Source: a bacterium (lineage in GTDB: Bacteria; Patescibacteriota; Microgenomatia; Curtissbacterales; GWA2-41-24). Taken from it: DNA of 64,000 bases. The notes under the pieces were generated by a model. It searched no databases and was not told the DNA's origin. It saw only the letters and a program-made list of their open reading frames with translations. The position numbers and the translations under genes were made by a program. The stretch covers positions 496,412 through 560,411 of the forward strand of contig JAKAJD010000001.1 in the NCBI GenBank assembly GCA_021813945.1. The letters are read 5' to 3'. Each line of letters opens with the position of its first letter. Position 1 is the stretch's first letter. Shown here one piece after another: positions 17,674 through 26,715 of the stretch.

Positions 17674-19422
17674 TTAGCTTCTGTTCTTTACCCACCAATC
17701 TAAAATTTCCCTGGCAACCGGCCCTGCAACAACCGATCCCTCACCACCGTTTTCGACAACTACAGTAATCGAAACTGCAGGTTTATCAAATGGGGCATAA
17801 GCTGTGAACCAAGCATGTGGGTCACCCAAAGTCTTTTCCGCAGTTCCTGTTTTGCACCCAACTTTATACGGTGCATTAAAAAAGGGCACACCCGTTCCTC
17901 CGCTTTGGCAGGCCTGCTCCATACCAGATCGTACTACACCAACAAACTTTGAATCAACTAAATTCTCGCCTTTTACATTTCCCTTAAAATTTATTTCACC
18001 GCTTCCGGCACCGGCATCAATCTTAGAAACCACGTAAGGTTTAGTTAATTTTCCGCTGGCAACATAAGAAGTCATTTGGTTTATCTGGATTGGTGTTGTC
18101 AGCAAAAATCCCTGGCCTATCCCAAGATGCATCGTATCACCGGGGTACCAATCCTCACCCAAAGTGGATTTTTTCCAAACGCCGTCCGGGACCAGCCCGA
18201 AAGCCTCACCCGGCAAATCTATCCCGGTGACTTGTCCGAATCCCAACTTTACTAACAACTTGTGAAGATCTTCTATCCCCACCATTTGTGCCGCTTTAAA
18301 GAAAAAAATGTCATTGGACCTGGCGATAGCCCTGTCAATTTTTATAACCCCGTCCGTTTTCCCATACTGGTTGAAATACCAATTGGAAAAAGTTGTCCCC
18401 GAAAACTCAAACTTCCCGACGTCTTCGATTTCGGTGTCCGGTGTAATTTTTCCACTGGAGAGCCCGGCCATTGCCACAGCCAGCTTAAAAACAGACCCGG
18501 GCGGATAAACCCCCTGGATTGCCCTGTCGAAAAACGGCTGGTTCGGGTCGCCCATCGATTTTCCAATATCAAACGGGTTAAATGAAGGGGCCGAAGCCAA
18601 AGCCAAAACTTCCCCTGTTTGGGGGTTTTGGACAATAACCGCGCCTTTTTTAGTCCCGATTTTGTCCGTTTGTTTTTTCAAAGCGTCAAAGGCAATTTTT
18701 TGTAAGTTTGAATCTAAAGTTAAATGAAGGTCCCTGCCCGAAACCGCTTTTGCATCGTCCAAAATAGAAATCTTGTTTCCAGTTGCGTCTACCTCGATTA
18801 ATTTTTCGCCGGGCTTTCCCTGCAAAAAACTATCGTAAGCCTGCTCAACACCTAGGCGCCCAACGGAATTTATTTTCGAGAGATTGGGATTATTTTCAAA
18901 ATCCGAACTGTTTGCAACACTTGTGTAACCTAAAACATGGGCAGTGACATCACCTAACGTATAGACACGTTTGACACCTTGTTTGATTTGCCCCAGATCA
19001 CCTTTAAAGTTTTCGCCGGCAAGCCCTTGTTTTTCCAAATCGGCAACTTGTTGATTAGTAATTACTGTATCGTGCCCGTCCTTTTCCAAAACATAAGAAG
19101 TTTGCGACTGGGCCAAAATCCCGCCGTTTCTGTCAAAAATCCTGCCTCTTGGGGCTTCAGTCTTCAGAAGACTGATTCTGTTTCCTTCCGAAAGTTCCTT
19201 ATTTTCTGCGCCGTGAACCACTGAAAGCGAAAAAAGCCTGCCGACAAAAACCAAAAGCACCACAACTACCAAAATGTAAAAAGGGTAAAAAGAAGAAATA
19301 GGAAAGCTTCCACCGTCAGAAAAGAAACTGGATGAATCGGGATCGCGGAATTTCCAATGGCGTTTACCGGAAGCGCTTATGGAATGTTCCATACCCAGCA
19401 GTCTTGGTTTTGGCTTCTTCAC
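17674..19422 (-). CDS. mrdA: penicillin-binding protein 2 (peptidoglycan D,D-transpeptidase; MrdA/FtsI family)
   Basis: N-terminal TM anchor, then PBP dimerisation and transpeptidase domains: SVFKLAVAMAGL (SxxK), KTGTAE (KTG). Adjacent to mreB. Confidence 0.85.
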   Translation of the reverse strand: MKKPKPRLLGMEHSISASGKRHWKFRDPDSSSFFSDGGSFPISSFYPFYILVVVVLLVFVGRLFSLSVVHGAENKELSEGNRISLLKTEAPRGRIFDRNGGILAQSQTSYVLEKDGHDTVITNQQVADLEKQGLAGENFKGDLGQIKQGVKRVYTLGDVTAHVLGYTSVANSSDFENNPNLSKINSVGRLGVEQAYDSFLQGKPGEKLIEVDATGNKISILDDAKAVSGRDLHLTLDSNLQKIAFDALKKQTDKIGTKKGAVIVQNPQTGEVLALASAPSFNPFDIGKSMGDPNQPFFDRAIQGVYPPGSVFKLAVAMAGLSSGKITPDTEIEDVGKFEFSGTTFSNWYFNQYGKTDGVIKIDRAIARSNDIFFFKAAQMVGIEDLHKLLVKLGFGQVTGIDLPGEAFGLVPDGVWKKSTLGEDWYPGDTMHLGIGQGFLLTTPIQINQMTSYVASGKLTKPYVVSKIDAGAGSGEINFKGNVKGENLVDSKFVGVVRSGMEQACQSGGTGVPFFNAPYKVGCKTGTAEKTLGDPHAWFTAYAPFDKPAVSITVVVENGGEGSVVAGPVAREILDWWVKNRS

Positions 19423-19487
19423 TAGTTGGTTGTGTTTACACTGAGCAATTTATTGCGAACATGTTTACCCTGAGCAATAATTCATTA

Positions 19488-20591
19488 TTATTGCGAACGG
19501 GCTATCTTAACTTTCTCGAGAAGTTCCGGATTTTCCAAAAGTTTCGCACAACCCAGAACTACACAAGAAAGCGGCTCGTTGGCAACGATAACCGGCATTT
19601 TTGTTTCCTGGGAGATAAATTTAGGCAAACCATATAAAAGCGCGCCGCCGCCGCAAAGCACAATTCCCCTTTCCGCAATGTCCGAAGCAAGCTCCGGCGG
19701 GGCATCTTCTATCGTATCGCGGATAGCATCAACAATTGTATTTATGGTTGGAGCCAGGGCTTCCCTTATTTGCGTCGATGTCAGCTTCACCGATTTTGGA
19801 AGTCCCTTTTCTAAATCCCGTCCCCTAACAACCATTTGTTTTTCAACGGGCATCGGATAAGCGCTTCCCAAAAGCATCTTCACTTCCTCCGCAGTTTTTT
19901 CGCCAAGCGCAAGCCCAAAGCGAAACCTAACATAGTTGATTATATCCCGCTCCATAGTATCTCCCGCCATCTTCAAAGATTTTCCTGTGACCACTCCTCC
20001 CAAAGAAATAACCGCCATATCGCTTGTCCCTCCGCCAATATCAACAATCATCGACCCGATAGGCTCCCAAACCGCAAGGCCCGCCCCAACGGCAGCAGCC
20101 ATTGGCTCTTCCACCAAATACGCCTCCCTTGCCCCGGACGCCCTGGCAACATCCAAAAGCGCCCGCTTTTCCACTTCGGTAACTTGCGAAGGCACACCCA
20201 AAATTATTCGCGGCCTTGGAATAGAAAATTTTTTGTTCGGTGTCGAATGAATTTTTTTGACAAAGTAAGAAAGCATTGCCAAAGTGGTGTCGTAGTCCGA
20301 AATCACTCCGTCTTTCATCGGCCGGACGGTCAGGAGGTTTGCAGGAGTTCTGCCGATCATTTTTCTGGCTTCCGCCCCAATGGCAATAACGTTTTTTGTT
20401 TTTTTATGCTGGGCAACTATAGAAGGCTCCCGTACAACAATTCCCTTGCCGGAAACATAAATTAAAGTGTTTGCGGTTCCTAAATCTACACCCAAATCAG
20501 AAGAAAACAATCCAAGAATATTATCGACAACCGGAATCATCACAAGCGGCCTAAAGTATAACCAATCTTCACTCTTTATAAAAGTTGCCAA
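19488..20591 (-). CDS. mreB: rod shape-determining protein MreB
   Basis: Actin-fold motifs DLGTANTLIYV, VIAIGAEARKMIGRTPANLLTVRPMKDGVISDYD, DIGGGTSD. Confidence 0.93.
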   Translation of the reverse strand: MATFIKSEDWLYFRPLVMIPVVDNILGLFSSDLGVDLGTANTLIYVSGKGIVVREPSIVAQHKKTKNVIAIGAEARKMIGRTPANLLTVRPMKDGVISDYDTTLAMLSYFVKKIHSTPNKKFSIPRPRIILGVPSQVTEVEKRALLDVARASGAREAYLVEEPMAAAVGAGLAVWEPIGSMIVDIGGGTSDMAVISLGGVVTGKSLKMAGDTMERDIINYVRFRFGLALGEKTAEEVKMLLGSAYPMPVEKQMVVRGRDLEKGLPKSVKLTSTQIREALAPTINTIVDAIRDTIEDAPPELASDIAERGIVLCGGGALLYGLPKFISQETKMPVIVANEPLSCVVLGCAKLLENPELLEKVKIARSQ

Positions 20592-20619
20592 CCAACTTCC
20601 ATATTGCTAACATCAGTGC

Positions 20620-22602
20620 GTGGCAAGCTCGCTTGAAGACTATTTTAAAAAAGCTATCGATTTTTGCCTTTTGGCGCTTGCCGTTGTAACCCCTTTTATT
20701 TTTACGACCCAAACTACCGAACTTTTTGAAGTCCCCAAAATGTTTTTTGTTTATTTGGTTTCTGTGATACTTCTTTTTTTGATAGTTTCAAAATCCATAC
20801 TCGAGAAAAAATTTACATTCCCCACCGGTGCGGCAACAATAGCTTTTGGATTTTTTCTTCTAACCCAAATCGCCTCAACCATAACCTCAACCGATAAATA
20901 TTTGTCGATCTTTGGATATCCAACTCGTTTAAATGGAGGTTTACTTTCACTAATTTCTTATTTCGTGATTTTCGCCTCAGCAATTACCCAGCTGGATAAA
21001 ATCCGTGCGAACCGCATCCTTTTGGCACTTGTTGTTTCCGCAATTGCCGTTTCTCTTTGGGGAATCCCTGCACATTTCGGGCTTGACCCGTCGTGTTTTG
21101 TTTTAACAGGCAACTTAAATTCAAGCTGTTGGACTGCCGATTTCAATCCAATGTTAAGAATTTTCTCAACCATGGGACAACCCAATTGGCTGGCATCTTA
21201 TCTGGTTTTGGCCTTACCGATTTCCTTAGCACACCTTATAAATTTCAAGTCGAAAAACGCCAAACTTTTCTTTGGGGCTGCATCCGCAATAATCTTTATG
21301 GCACTGGTTTTAACAACCTCAAGAGCCGGAATTCTTGGAGCTACAATCTCCCTACTGATTTTTGTTGCTTTTCTGGGAAGAAAAATTTTAAAAACAAACT
21401 TAAAAATTCTAGCTGCAATTTTGGCTGTATTTATCGTAATTTGGTTAACATTCGGAACTGCCCTAACTTCCAGAATTTCAGAAGCCGTTACCTCCAACAA
21501 ATCTCAAATCAAATCACCCCTATCAAACACACCAACTAAACCAATCCAGTCATCACTCACAACCGGCGGCACCGAATCCAGCCAAATCCGATTTATCGTC
21601 TGGCAAGGCGCCCTAAAAGTTTTTGAAAAATGGCCGATTTTGGGAAGCGGCCCGGAGACATTCGTCAACAGCTATTACCTTTTCCGCCCAACCGCCCACA
21701 ACCAAACCACCGAATGGAAATTTTTCTATAATAAAGCCCACAACGAATTTTTAAACTATCTGTCGACAACCGGAATCGTCGGTCTTTTGGGATTTATGGG
21801 TTTTGTTTCAGCAATTTTTTTGCAGCTTGGAAAAAAGGCACCGGACGAAAAAACAAGCGTAATTTCTAAAGCAACGATTGCTGCAATAGCAGGTTACCTT
21901 GTGTCAATCTTTTTTGGTTTCTCTACAGTTGCCACCCAAACCGTCTTCTTTTTGGCATCTGCCACAACACTCGCCCTAACCGGAGCAGAAAAAACTAAAA
22001 CCATAAACTTTAAGGTTGGGAAAATCCAAGCATGGGGAGCGCTGTCCCTTACCACCGTTATCTCTCTTTATCTCTTGACCTTTGTTATAAGAATTGCCCT
22101 TTCCGACACGCTTCAAAGGCGTGCGGACAGCTTTCAGGAAACATCGCCAGGCCGGTCCCTCATAATTTATGACAACGCACTAACCACCTCTCCAACCCAA
22201 AACCCCTTTTTGGCTGCCAACTTTGCCTATTCTTTGGCTTCATACGCCGTGGATATAAAAGACGAGGCCTCAACCCAAAAACTGGTAAATCGTGCAGATT
22301 CTCTTGCACGTCAGACGCAAAAAACTGCTCCTAACAATTTCCTGGCAACTTTAGATATCGCCAAAACTTACTTAATCCTTGCGCAAAAAGATCCTAAATT
22401 CGAAAATGAGGCAAAAAACTACGCCGAAAAGCTTCCGCAAATGGCACCCACTTATCCACCTTCCTACTTAACTCTTGCTAAAACCCAAATAGCCATTGGC
22501 GAAAGGGCTCAGGCCCAACAATCACTTGAAACAGCCCTTAATTTAAGACCTGATTACAAAGAAGCCAAAGACCTACTTGAACAGATCAGGTCAAACCCTT
22601 AA
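20620..22602 (+). CDS. O-antigen ligase/polymerase-family (Wzy_C) membrane protein with C-terminal TPR repeats
   Basis: About 10 TM helices, Wzy_C-like TTSRAGILGATISLLIFV segment, and a C-terminal TPR-like region. Confidence 0.6.
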   Translation: MASSLEDYFKKAIDFCLLALAVVTPFIFTTQTTELFEVPKMFFVYLVSVILLFLIVSKSILEKKFTFPTGAATIAFGFFLLTQIASTITSTDKYLSIFGYPTRLNGGLLSLISYFVIFASAITQLDKIRANRILLALVVSAIAVSLWGIPAHFGLDPSCFVLTGNLNSSCWTADFNPMLRIFSTMGQPNWLASYLVLALPISLAHLINFKSKNAKLFFGAASAIIFMALVLTTSRAGILGATISLLIFVAFLGRKILKTNLKILAAILAVFIVIWLTFGTALTSRISEAVTSNKSQIKSPLSNTPTKPIQSSLTTGGTESSQIRFIVWQGALKVFEKWPILGSGPETFVNSYYLFRPTAHNQTTEWKFFYNKAHNEFLNYLSTTGIVGLLGFMGFVSAIFLQLGKKAPDEKTSVISKATIAAIAGYLVSIFFGFSTVATQTVFFLASATTLALTGAEKTKTINFKVGKIQAWGALSLTTVISLYLLTFVIRIALSDTLQRRADSFQETSPGRSLIIYDNALTTSPTQNPFLAANFAYSLASYAVDIKDEASTQKLVNRADSLARQTQKTAPNNFLATLDIAKTYLILAQKDPKFENEAKNYAEKLPQMAPTYPPSYLTLAKTQIAIGERAQAQQSLETALNLRPDYKEAKDLLEQIRSNP

Positions 22603-22629
22603 AATGAAAGCGAATCTGCTCCGTCTCTG

Positions 22630-23952
22630 ATGTCGATCCTTTTAAAATCCGACCCACAAATCGCCAAACTGATTGCTGCCGAAGAAAAACGCCAAAAAGA
22701 AGTTTTGGAAATGATTCCTTCCGAAAATTATGCTTCTGCTGTTGTGAGATCGGCTCTTGGCACAGTTTTAACTAACAAATATTCAGAAGGCTACCCCAAA
22801 AAACGTTACTATCAGGGAAATCGGGTAATCGACGAAGTGGAATCACTGGCAATCGAACGTGCCAAAAAACTTTTCGGCGTTCCCTATGTCAATGTCCAGG
22901 CGCTTTCCGGTTCCCCTGCCAATTTGGCTGTTTATGTCGCACTTTTGGAACCTCTAAAAGACAAGGTCATGGGGCTTTCTTTAGCTTTCGGAGGTCATTT
23001 GACCCACGGACAACCACAATCCGTAACCGGCCGATATTACAAATCAGTGCTGTATGAATTGGGAAAAGACGGTCGGCTGGATTATGACGCGATAGAAAAA
23101 CAGGCCATGCGAGAAAAGCCGAAAATAATAGTCTGCGGATTTACGGCTTATCCAAGGATTATCGATTTCAAACGCTTCGGCCAGATTGCCGACAAAGTGG
23201 GCGCCTTTTTACTTGCAGATGTTTCCCATATAGCCGGACTGATTGCAGCTGGCGTCCATCCGTCGCCTGCACCGTATGCCCACATCATAACCACAACAAC
23301 CCATAAAACTTTGCGCGGACCCCGAGGTGCTTTAATCATGGTCACCCAAAAAGGATTGAAAAAAGATCCGGAATTGGGCAAAAAAATCGACAGTGCCATT
23401 ATTCCCGGAATCCAAGGCGGACCCCATGATGACCAAACCGCATCAATCGCCGTCGCCCTAAAAGAAGCCTCGACCCCCGCCTTCAAAAAATACTCCGCTC
23501 AAATCGTCAAAAACTCCAAAACCCTCGCCGCAGAACTTAACAAATTTGGGTTTGATTTAGTCTCTGGCGGATCCGACAACCACTTGATCTTGATTGATCT
23601 CAGAAACAAGGGCGTCAACGGATCGGTTGCAGCTTATGCATTGGAAGTAGCCGGAATTGTTATAAACAAAAACGGCGTCCCTTTTGACACTATGCCGCCT
23701 TTTTACCCTTCCGGAATCCGCCTCGGCACTCCGGCAATAACAACCCGCGGAATGAAAGAATCCGAAATGAAAAAAGTTGCCGCCTGGATGAACCGCGCAA
23801 TCGAAGAAGTCAAAGGCGAAAAACTGCCGGAAGACAAAGAAAAACGCAATGATTTTCTCAAGAATTTCCGCGCCCGCGCCGACCGTAACAAAAACCTCCT
23901 CAAAATCGCCGCCGAAGTCAAAACCTTGACTAGCAAATTCCCAATTCCATAA
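22630..23952 (+). CDS. glyA: serine hydroxymethyltransferase
   Basis: TNKYSEGYPKKRYYQGN, PLP-lysine region TTTTHKTLRGPRG, SGGSDNHLILIDL. Confidence 0.95.
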   Translation: MSILLKSDPQIAKLIAAEEKRQKEVLEMIPSENYASAVVRSALGTVLTNKYSEGYPKKRYYQGNRVIDEVESLAIERAKKLFGVPYVNVQALSGSPANLAVYVALLEPLKDKVMGLSLAFGGHLTHGQPQSVTGRYYKSVLYELGKDGRLDYDAIEKQAMREKPKIIVCGFTAYPRIIDFKRFGQIADKVGAFLLADVSHIAGLIAAGVHPSPAPYAHIITTTTHKTLRGPRGALIMVTQKGLKKDPELGKKIDSAIIPGIQGGPHDDQTASIAVALKEASTPAFKKYSAQIVKNSKTLAAELNKFGFDLVSGGSDNHLILIDLRNKGVNGSVAAYALEVAGIVINKNGVPFDTMPPFYPSGIRLGTPAITTRGMKESEMKKVAAWMNRAIEEVKGEKLPEDKEKRNDFLKNFRARADRNKNLLKIAAEVKTLTSKFPIP

Positions 23953-23961
23953 AATCTAACC

Positions 23962-24312
23962 ATGGCATTAGAAAGAGGAGTTCAACAAATTGGAGAGCCA
24001 GAAAGAAAACTGCTCAGGAATCTTAAAAGAGTAGGTGCTATCGGAACATTAGTCTTTGGTGTAACAACCAATGTGGGGATTGCTATAAGTGTAGTTGGAG
24101 TAAGTCGACATAAAAATCCTAGTTACAATGAATCAGGCCAAATAGTAAGACAAGTAGACAACAATGATAGCAACAGGTTGATATTAAGAGGTCTTACCAT
24201 AGCAGAAATATCTCTAGTACTGGGAGTACCGTTTGTCTCCGGACTTAGTTCAGCGTTAATTACCGAATATCTTTTGGATCCTAAAAAACGTCGTCCTGAA
24301 CAAGCAGCATAA
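23962..24312 (+). CDS. hypothetical small membrane protein
   Basis: 116 aa with two hydrophobic segments; no family recognised. Confidence 0.4.
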   Translation: MALERGVQQIGEPERKLLRNLKRVGAIGTLVFGVTTNVGIAISVVGVSRHKNPSYNESGQIVRQVDNNDSNRLILRGLTIAEISLVLGVPFVSGLSSALITEYLLDPKKRRPEQAA

Positions 24313-24346
24313 GCCTACATGACAAGCCGCTTCCCAATCCCTTAAT

Positions 24347-24380
24347 ACTGGAAACTGGAAACTGGAAACTATAAACTATC
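24347..24380. repeat. tandem heptamer (GGAAACT)x3 immediately upstream of the folD start codon
   Basis: actggaaactggaaactggaaactataaactatc, ending 4 nt before the ATG at 24385. Confidence 0.7.
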
Positions 24381-24384
24381 CCTG

Positions 24385-25380
24385 ATGGCAAAAATCTTAG
24401 ACGGCCGGACTGTGCGCGACAAGATATTAGACAATCTTAAAACGCAGATCGCTAATCTTAAAACGAAACCAAAACTGATTATTATTCAAGTCGGCGACCT
24501 GGATGAAAGCAACACTTATATCGGGCAGAAAATTAAATTCGGCCAGAAAATCGGTGCCATTGCCGAACTTAAAAAATTCCCCGCCGACATTACTCAAAAC
24601 CAGCTGACCTCCCAGCTCCAACAGCTAAATGCTGACCCAACAGTCCACGGCATTATCATCCAGCTGCCAATTTCCCAACATTTGGACAAAGACGAATTGA
24701 TAGAGATGATTGATCCAAAAAAAGACGTTGATGGTCTAACTGCTACAAACGAAGAACTTTTGGAAGAAAACAATCCCGATGCCTTAGTCCCCGCAACCGC
24801 CAAAGGCGTCATCACCATCCTTAACTATTACAAAGTGCCGATTAAAGGCAAAAAAGCAGCAGTTGTCGGCCGATCTAAACTTGTCGGCAAGCCGGTAGCA
24901 ACGCTTCTCAGAAATTTGGGAGCCGAAGTTGAAGTCGGCCACAGCCAAACGCCGAATCTGACAGTTCTTACAAAACCGGCAGACATCATCGTTGTCGCCG
25001 TCGGGAAACCAAACTTAATCACCAAAAACCACGTTTCCCCCGGCCAAACAGTAGTCGATGTAGGTATAAACGTTGTCCAACCGGACAAGGTCAGGCCTTG
25101 GAAAACTGAAAGGCCTGACCTTAAAATCAAAGAAAAAGGCCTGACCTTAGCTAAGCCAGATGACAAGGCCAGGCCTTTTGCCAACGACGGATCTCAGTTA
25201 AGGCCTGGCCTTAACGCAAGCCGAAAACTCGTTGGCGACGTCGCCTTCACCGAAGTCGAACCAATTGTCGCTGCCATTACCCCCGTCCCCGGCGGCATTG
25301 GCCCCATGACCGTCGCCTCCCTCTACGAAAACCTTCTCCTAGCCTACGAATCCCAAAAATTAATTTCTAAAAGGAGCTAA
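24385..25380 (+). CDS. folD: bifunctional methylenetetrahydrofolate dehydrogenase/cyclohydrolase carrying a ~45-aa repeat-encoded insertion
   Basis: LIIIQVGD..S..Y, DVDGL, AVVGRSKLVGKPVATLL, VVDVGIN, ITPVPGGIGPMTVA. Insertion VRPWKTERPDLKIKEKGLTLAKPDDKARPFANDGSQLRPGLNASRKL lies between VDVGINVV and GDVAFTE, where canonical FolD has a short loop. Confidence 0.9.
   Translation: MAKILDGRTVRDKILDNLKTQIANLKTKPKLIIIQVGDLDESNTYIGQKIKFGQKIGAIAELKKFPADITQNQLTSQLQQLNADPTVHGIIIQLPISQHLDKDELIEMIDPKKDVDGLTATNEELLEENNPDALVPATAKGVITILNYYKVPIKGKKAAVVGRSKLVGKPVATLLRNLGAEVEVGHSQTPNLTVLTKPADIIVVAVGKPNLITKNHVSPGQTVVDVGINVVQPDKVRPWKTERPDLKIKEKGLTLAKPDDKARPFANDGSQLRPGLNASRKLVGDVAFTEVEPIVAAITPVPGGIGPMTVASLYENLLLAYESQKLISKRS
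25087..25212. repeat. AAGGYCWGRCCTT palindromic repeat cluster (5 units), in-frame inside folD
   Basis: aaggtcaggcctt (25087-99), aaggcctgacctt (25110-22), aaggcctgacctt (25136-48), aaggccaggcctt (25165-77), aaggcctggcctt (25200-12). Confidence 0.85.
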
Positions 25381-25644
25381 ATCTGCAAGACTCACCGGCG
25401 TTGGTCCGGCAATGGCTGTAAAAGTTGATTGGATTTGATTCTCTTGATTAAAAACCGGTGCTGGCTCTTCAACGTGTTCGTCATCTGAATTCAGATCATC
25501 AACTAGTTGGAATCCATCGGAAACTACCGCCATAGATAACAAAACAATCACTGTTGCAGCAACAAAATCAATGGTAGCAATCCCTCTTTCGCAGTCTTTG
25601 CGCATAGCAAAGATTATAGATGAAATCGGCACATTTCGAAACAT
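25360..25644 (-). CDS. hypothetical small protein with one TM segment (doubtful)
   Basis: 94-aa ORF convergent with folD and overlapping its last 20 nt. Confidence 0.25.
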   Translation of the reverse strand: MFRNVPISSIIFAMRKDCERGIATIDFVAATVIVLLSMAVVSDGFQLVDDLNSDDEHVEEPAPVFNQENQIQSTFTAIAGPTPVSLADLAPFRN

Positions 25645-25706
25645 CCTTTTAATAATGTTTCCTTGGTTGACCCCAATAAAACAAACGATATACGATTAAG
25701 TTACCG

Positions 25707-26678
25707 GTGAAATATAAACGCGCATTTGCTCCCATCTTAATAATAATTGTCCTTTTTTCAATAAGCCTTGCAGCAGGTGGCATTTATTATTTCAAAATAA
25801 AAAAACCCAACCCAAAACCAAGTGCTTCTCAAACCGTAACCCCTACTCCCACCCCAAACACAAATCAAAATAACAATTCCGTTTCGAACATAGAAGAAAA
25901 CGCTTCCAAAACCGAACCAAACTCCAAAACAAGTAGTCCCTCAACTTCACCGAACCAAACTTCTTCCCAACCAAAAACTTTTGAATCAGGCGACTTTCAA
26001 GTCACAGTTTCCTGCAACGGATATGCTCCGAAAGTTGCCTTCGGGTGGAAAGACGCAACGGACGAAACCGGCTACTATCTGGATATAAATGACGAAGCAT
26101 GGACCGGGCCAAGCACACCTTCCGGATGGGTTTTTGCAAAACTTGCGGCAAACACCACAACCTACACCTGGGACACTTCCAGAAATTTAGACGGCGCGGA
26201 CAACCCCGTACCCCAAAATTCCAAAACCTATTGGTGGCGGCTTAGAATATTTAACGACTCAAAAACGCCGTACCAGAATACAGACGTTTATCCGGGCAGT
26301 TCAAATCCGCCAGGCAATCCTTTCCAAACACCAAACTGCCAGCCAAACGCAAGTTCTTACAACCTCACCGCTTTTCCTCAAGCAGACCTGTCATTAAACG
26401 TCGGCCAAAGCTACGGAGTAAATGCAGTCCTAAAGGACAATCTTGGAAATGTGGTTTTGTATCAGCAAGATTTCGCTTACACTTGGTCGCAGGAAAACTC
26501 AAAAGTTAAAATTGTGACCGACAACGCTTGCACATTCGAAGTCCAACCGCCCTGTCCAAACGCCCACTCACTTTTTATCGGACAGTTTAAAGGTTCCGAA
26601 AAAGTAACAGTCACAGTCAAAAAGAAATCAACCGGTGAAACCGTTGGCTCCACAATATTCAACGTCACCGTAAATTAA
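25707..26678 (+). CDS. membrane-anchored secreted protein with a Ser/Thr/Pro-rich linker and Ig-like beta domains
   Basis: N-terminal TM/signal anchor, low-complexity TPTPTPNTNQNNNS...STSPNQTSSQ linker, then beta-rich domains. Confidence 0.45.
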   Translation: MKYKRAFAPILIIIVLFSISLAAGGIYYFKIKKPNPKPSASQTVTPTPTPNTNQNNNSVSNIEENASKTEPNSKTSSPSTSPNQTSSQPKTFESGDFQVTVSCNGYAPKVAFGWKDATDETGYYLDINDEAWTGPSTPSGWVFAKLAANTTTYTWDTSRNLDGADNPVPQNSKTYWWRLRIFNDSKTPYQNTDVYPGSSNPPGNPFQTPNCQPNASSYNLTAFPQADLSLNVGQSYGVNAVLKDNLGNVVLYQQDFAYTWSQENSKVKIVTDNACTFEVQPPCPNAHSLFIGQFKGSEKVTVTVKKKSTGETVGSTIFNVTVN

Positions 26679-26715
26679 GTAAAGTCGTCTAAGTTCTTGA
26701 TATAATCCAAGCGCT

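Noticed and set aside
23148-23486. 112-aa minus-strand ORF inside glyA
   Set aside because: Antisense to the highly conserved glyA coding sequence; a shadow ORF.
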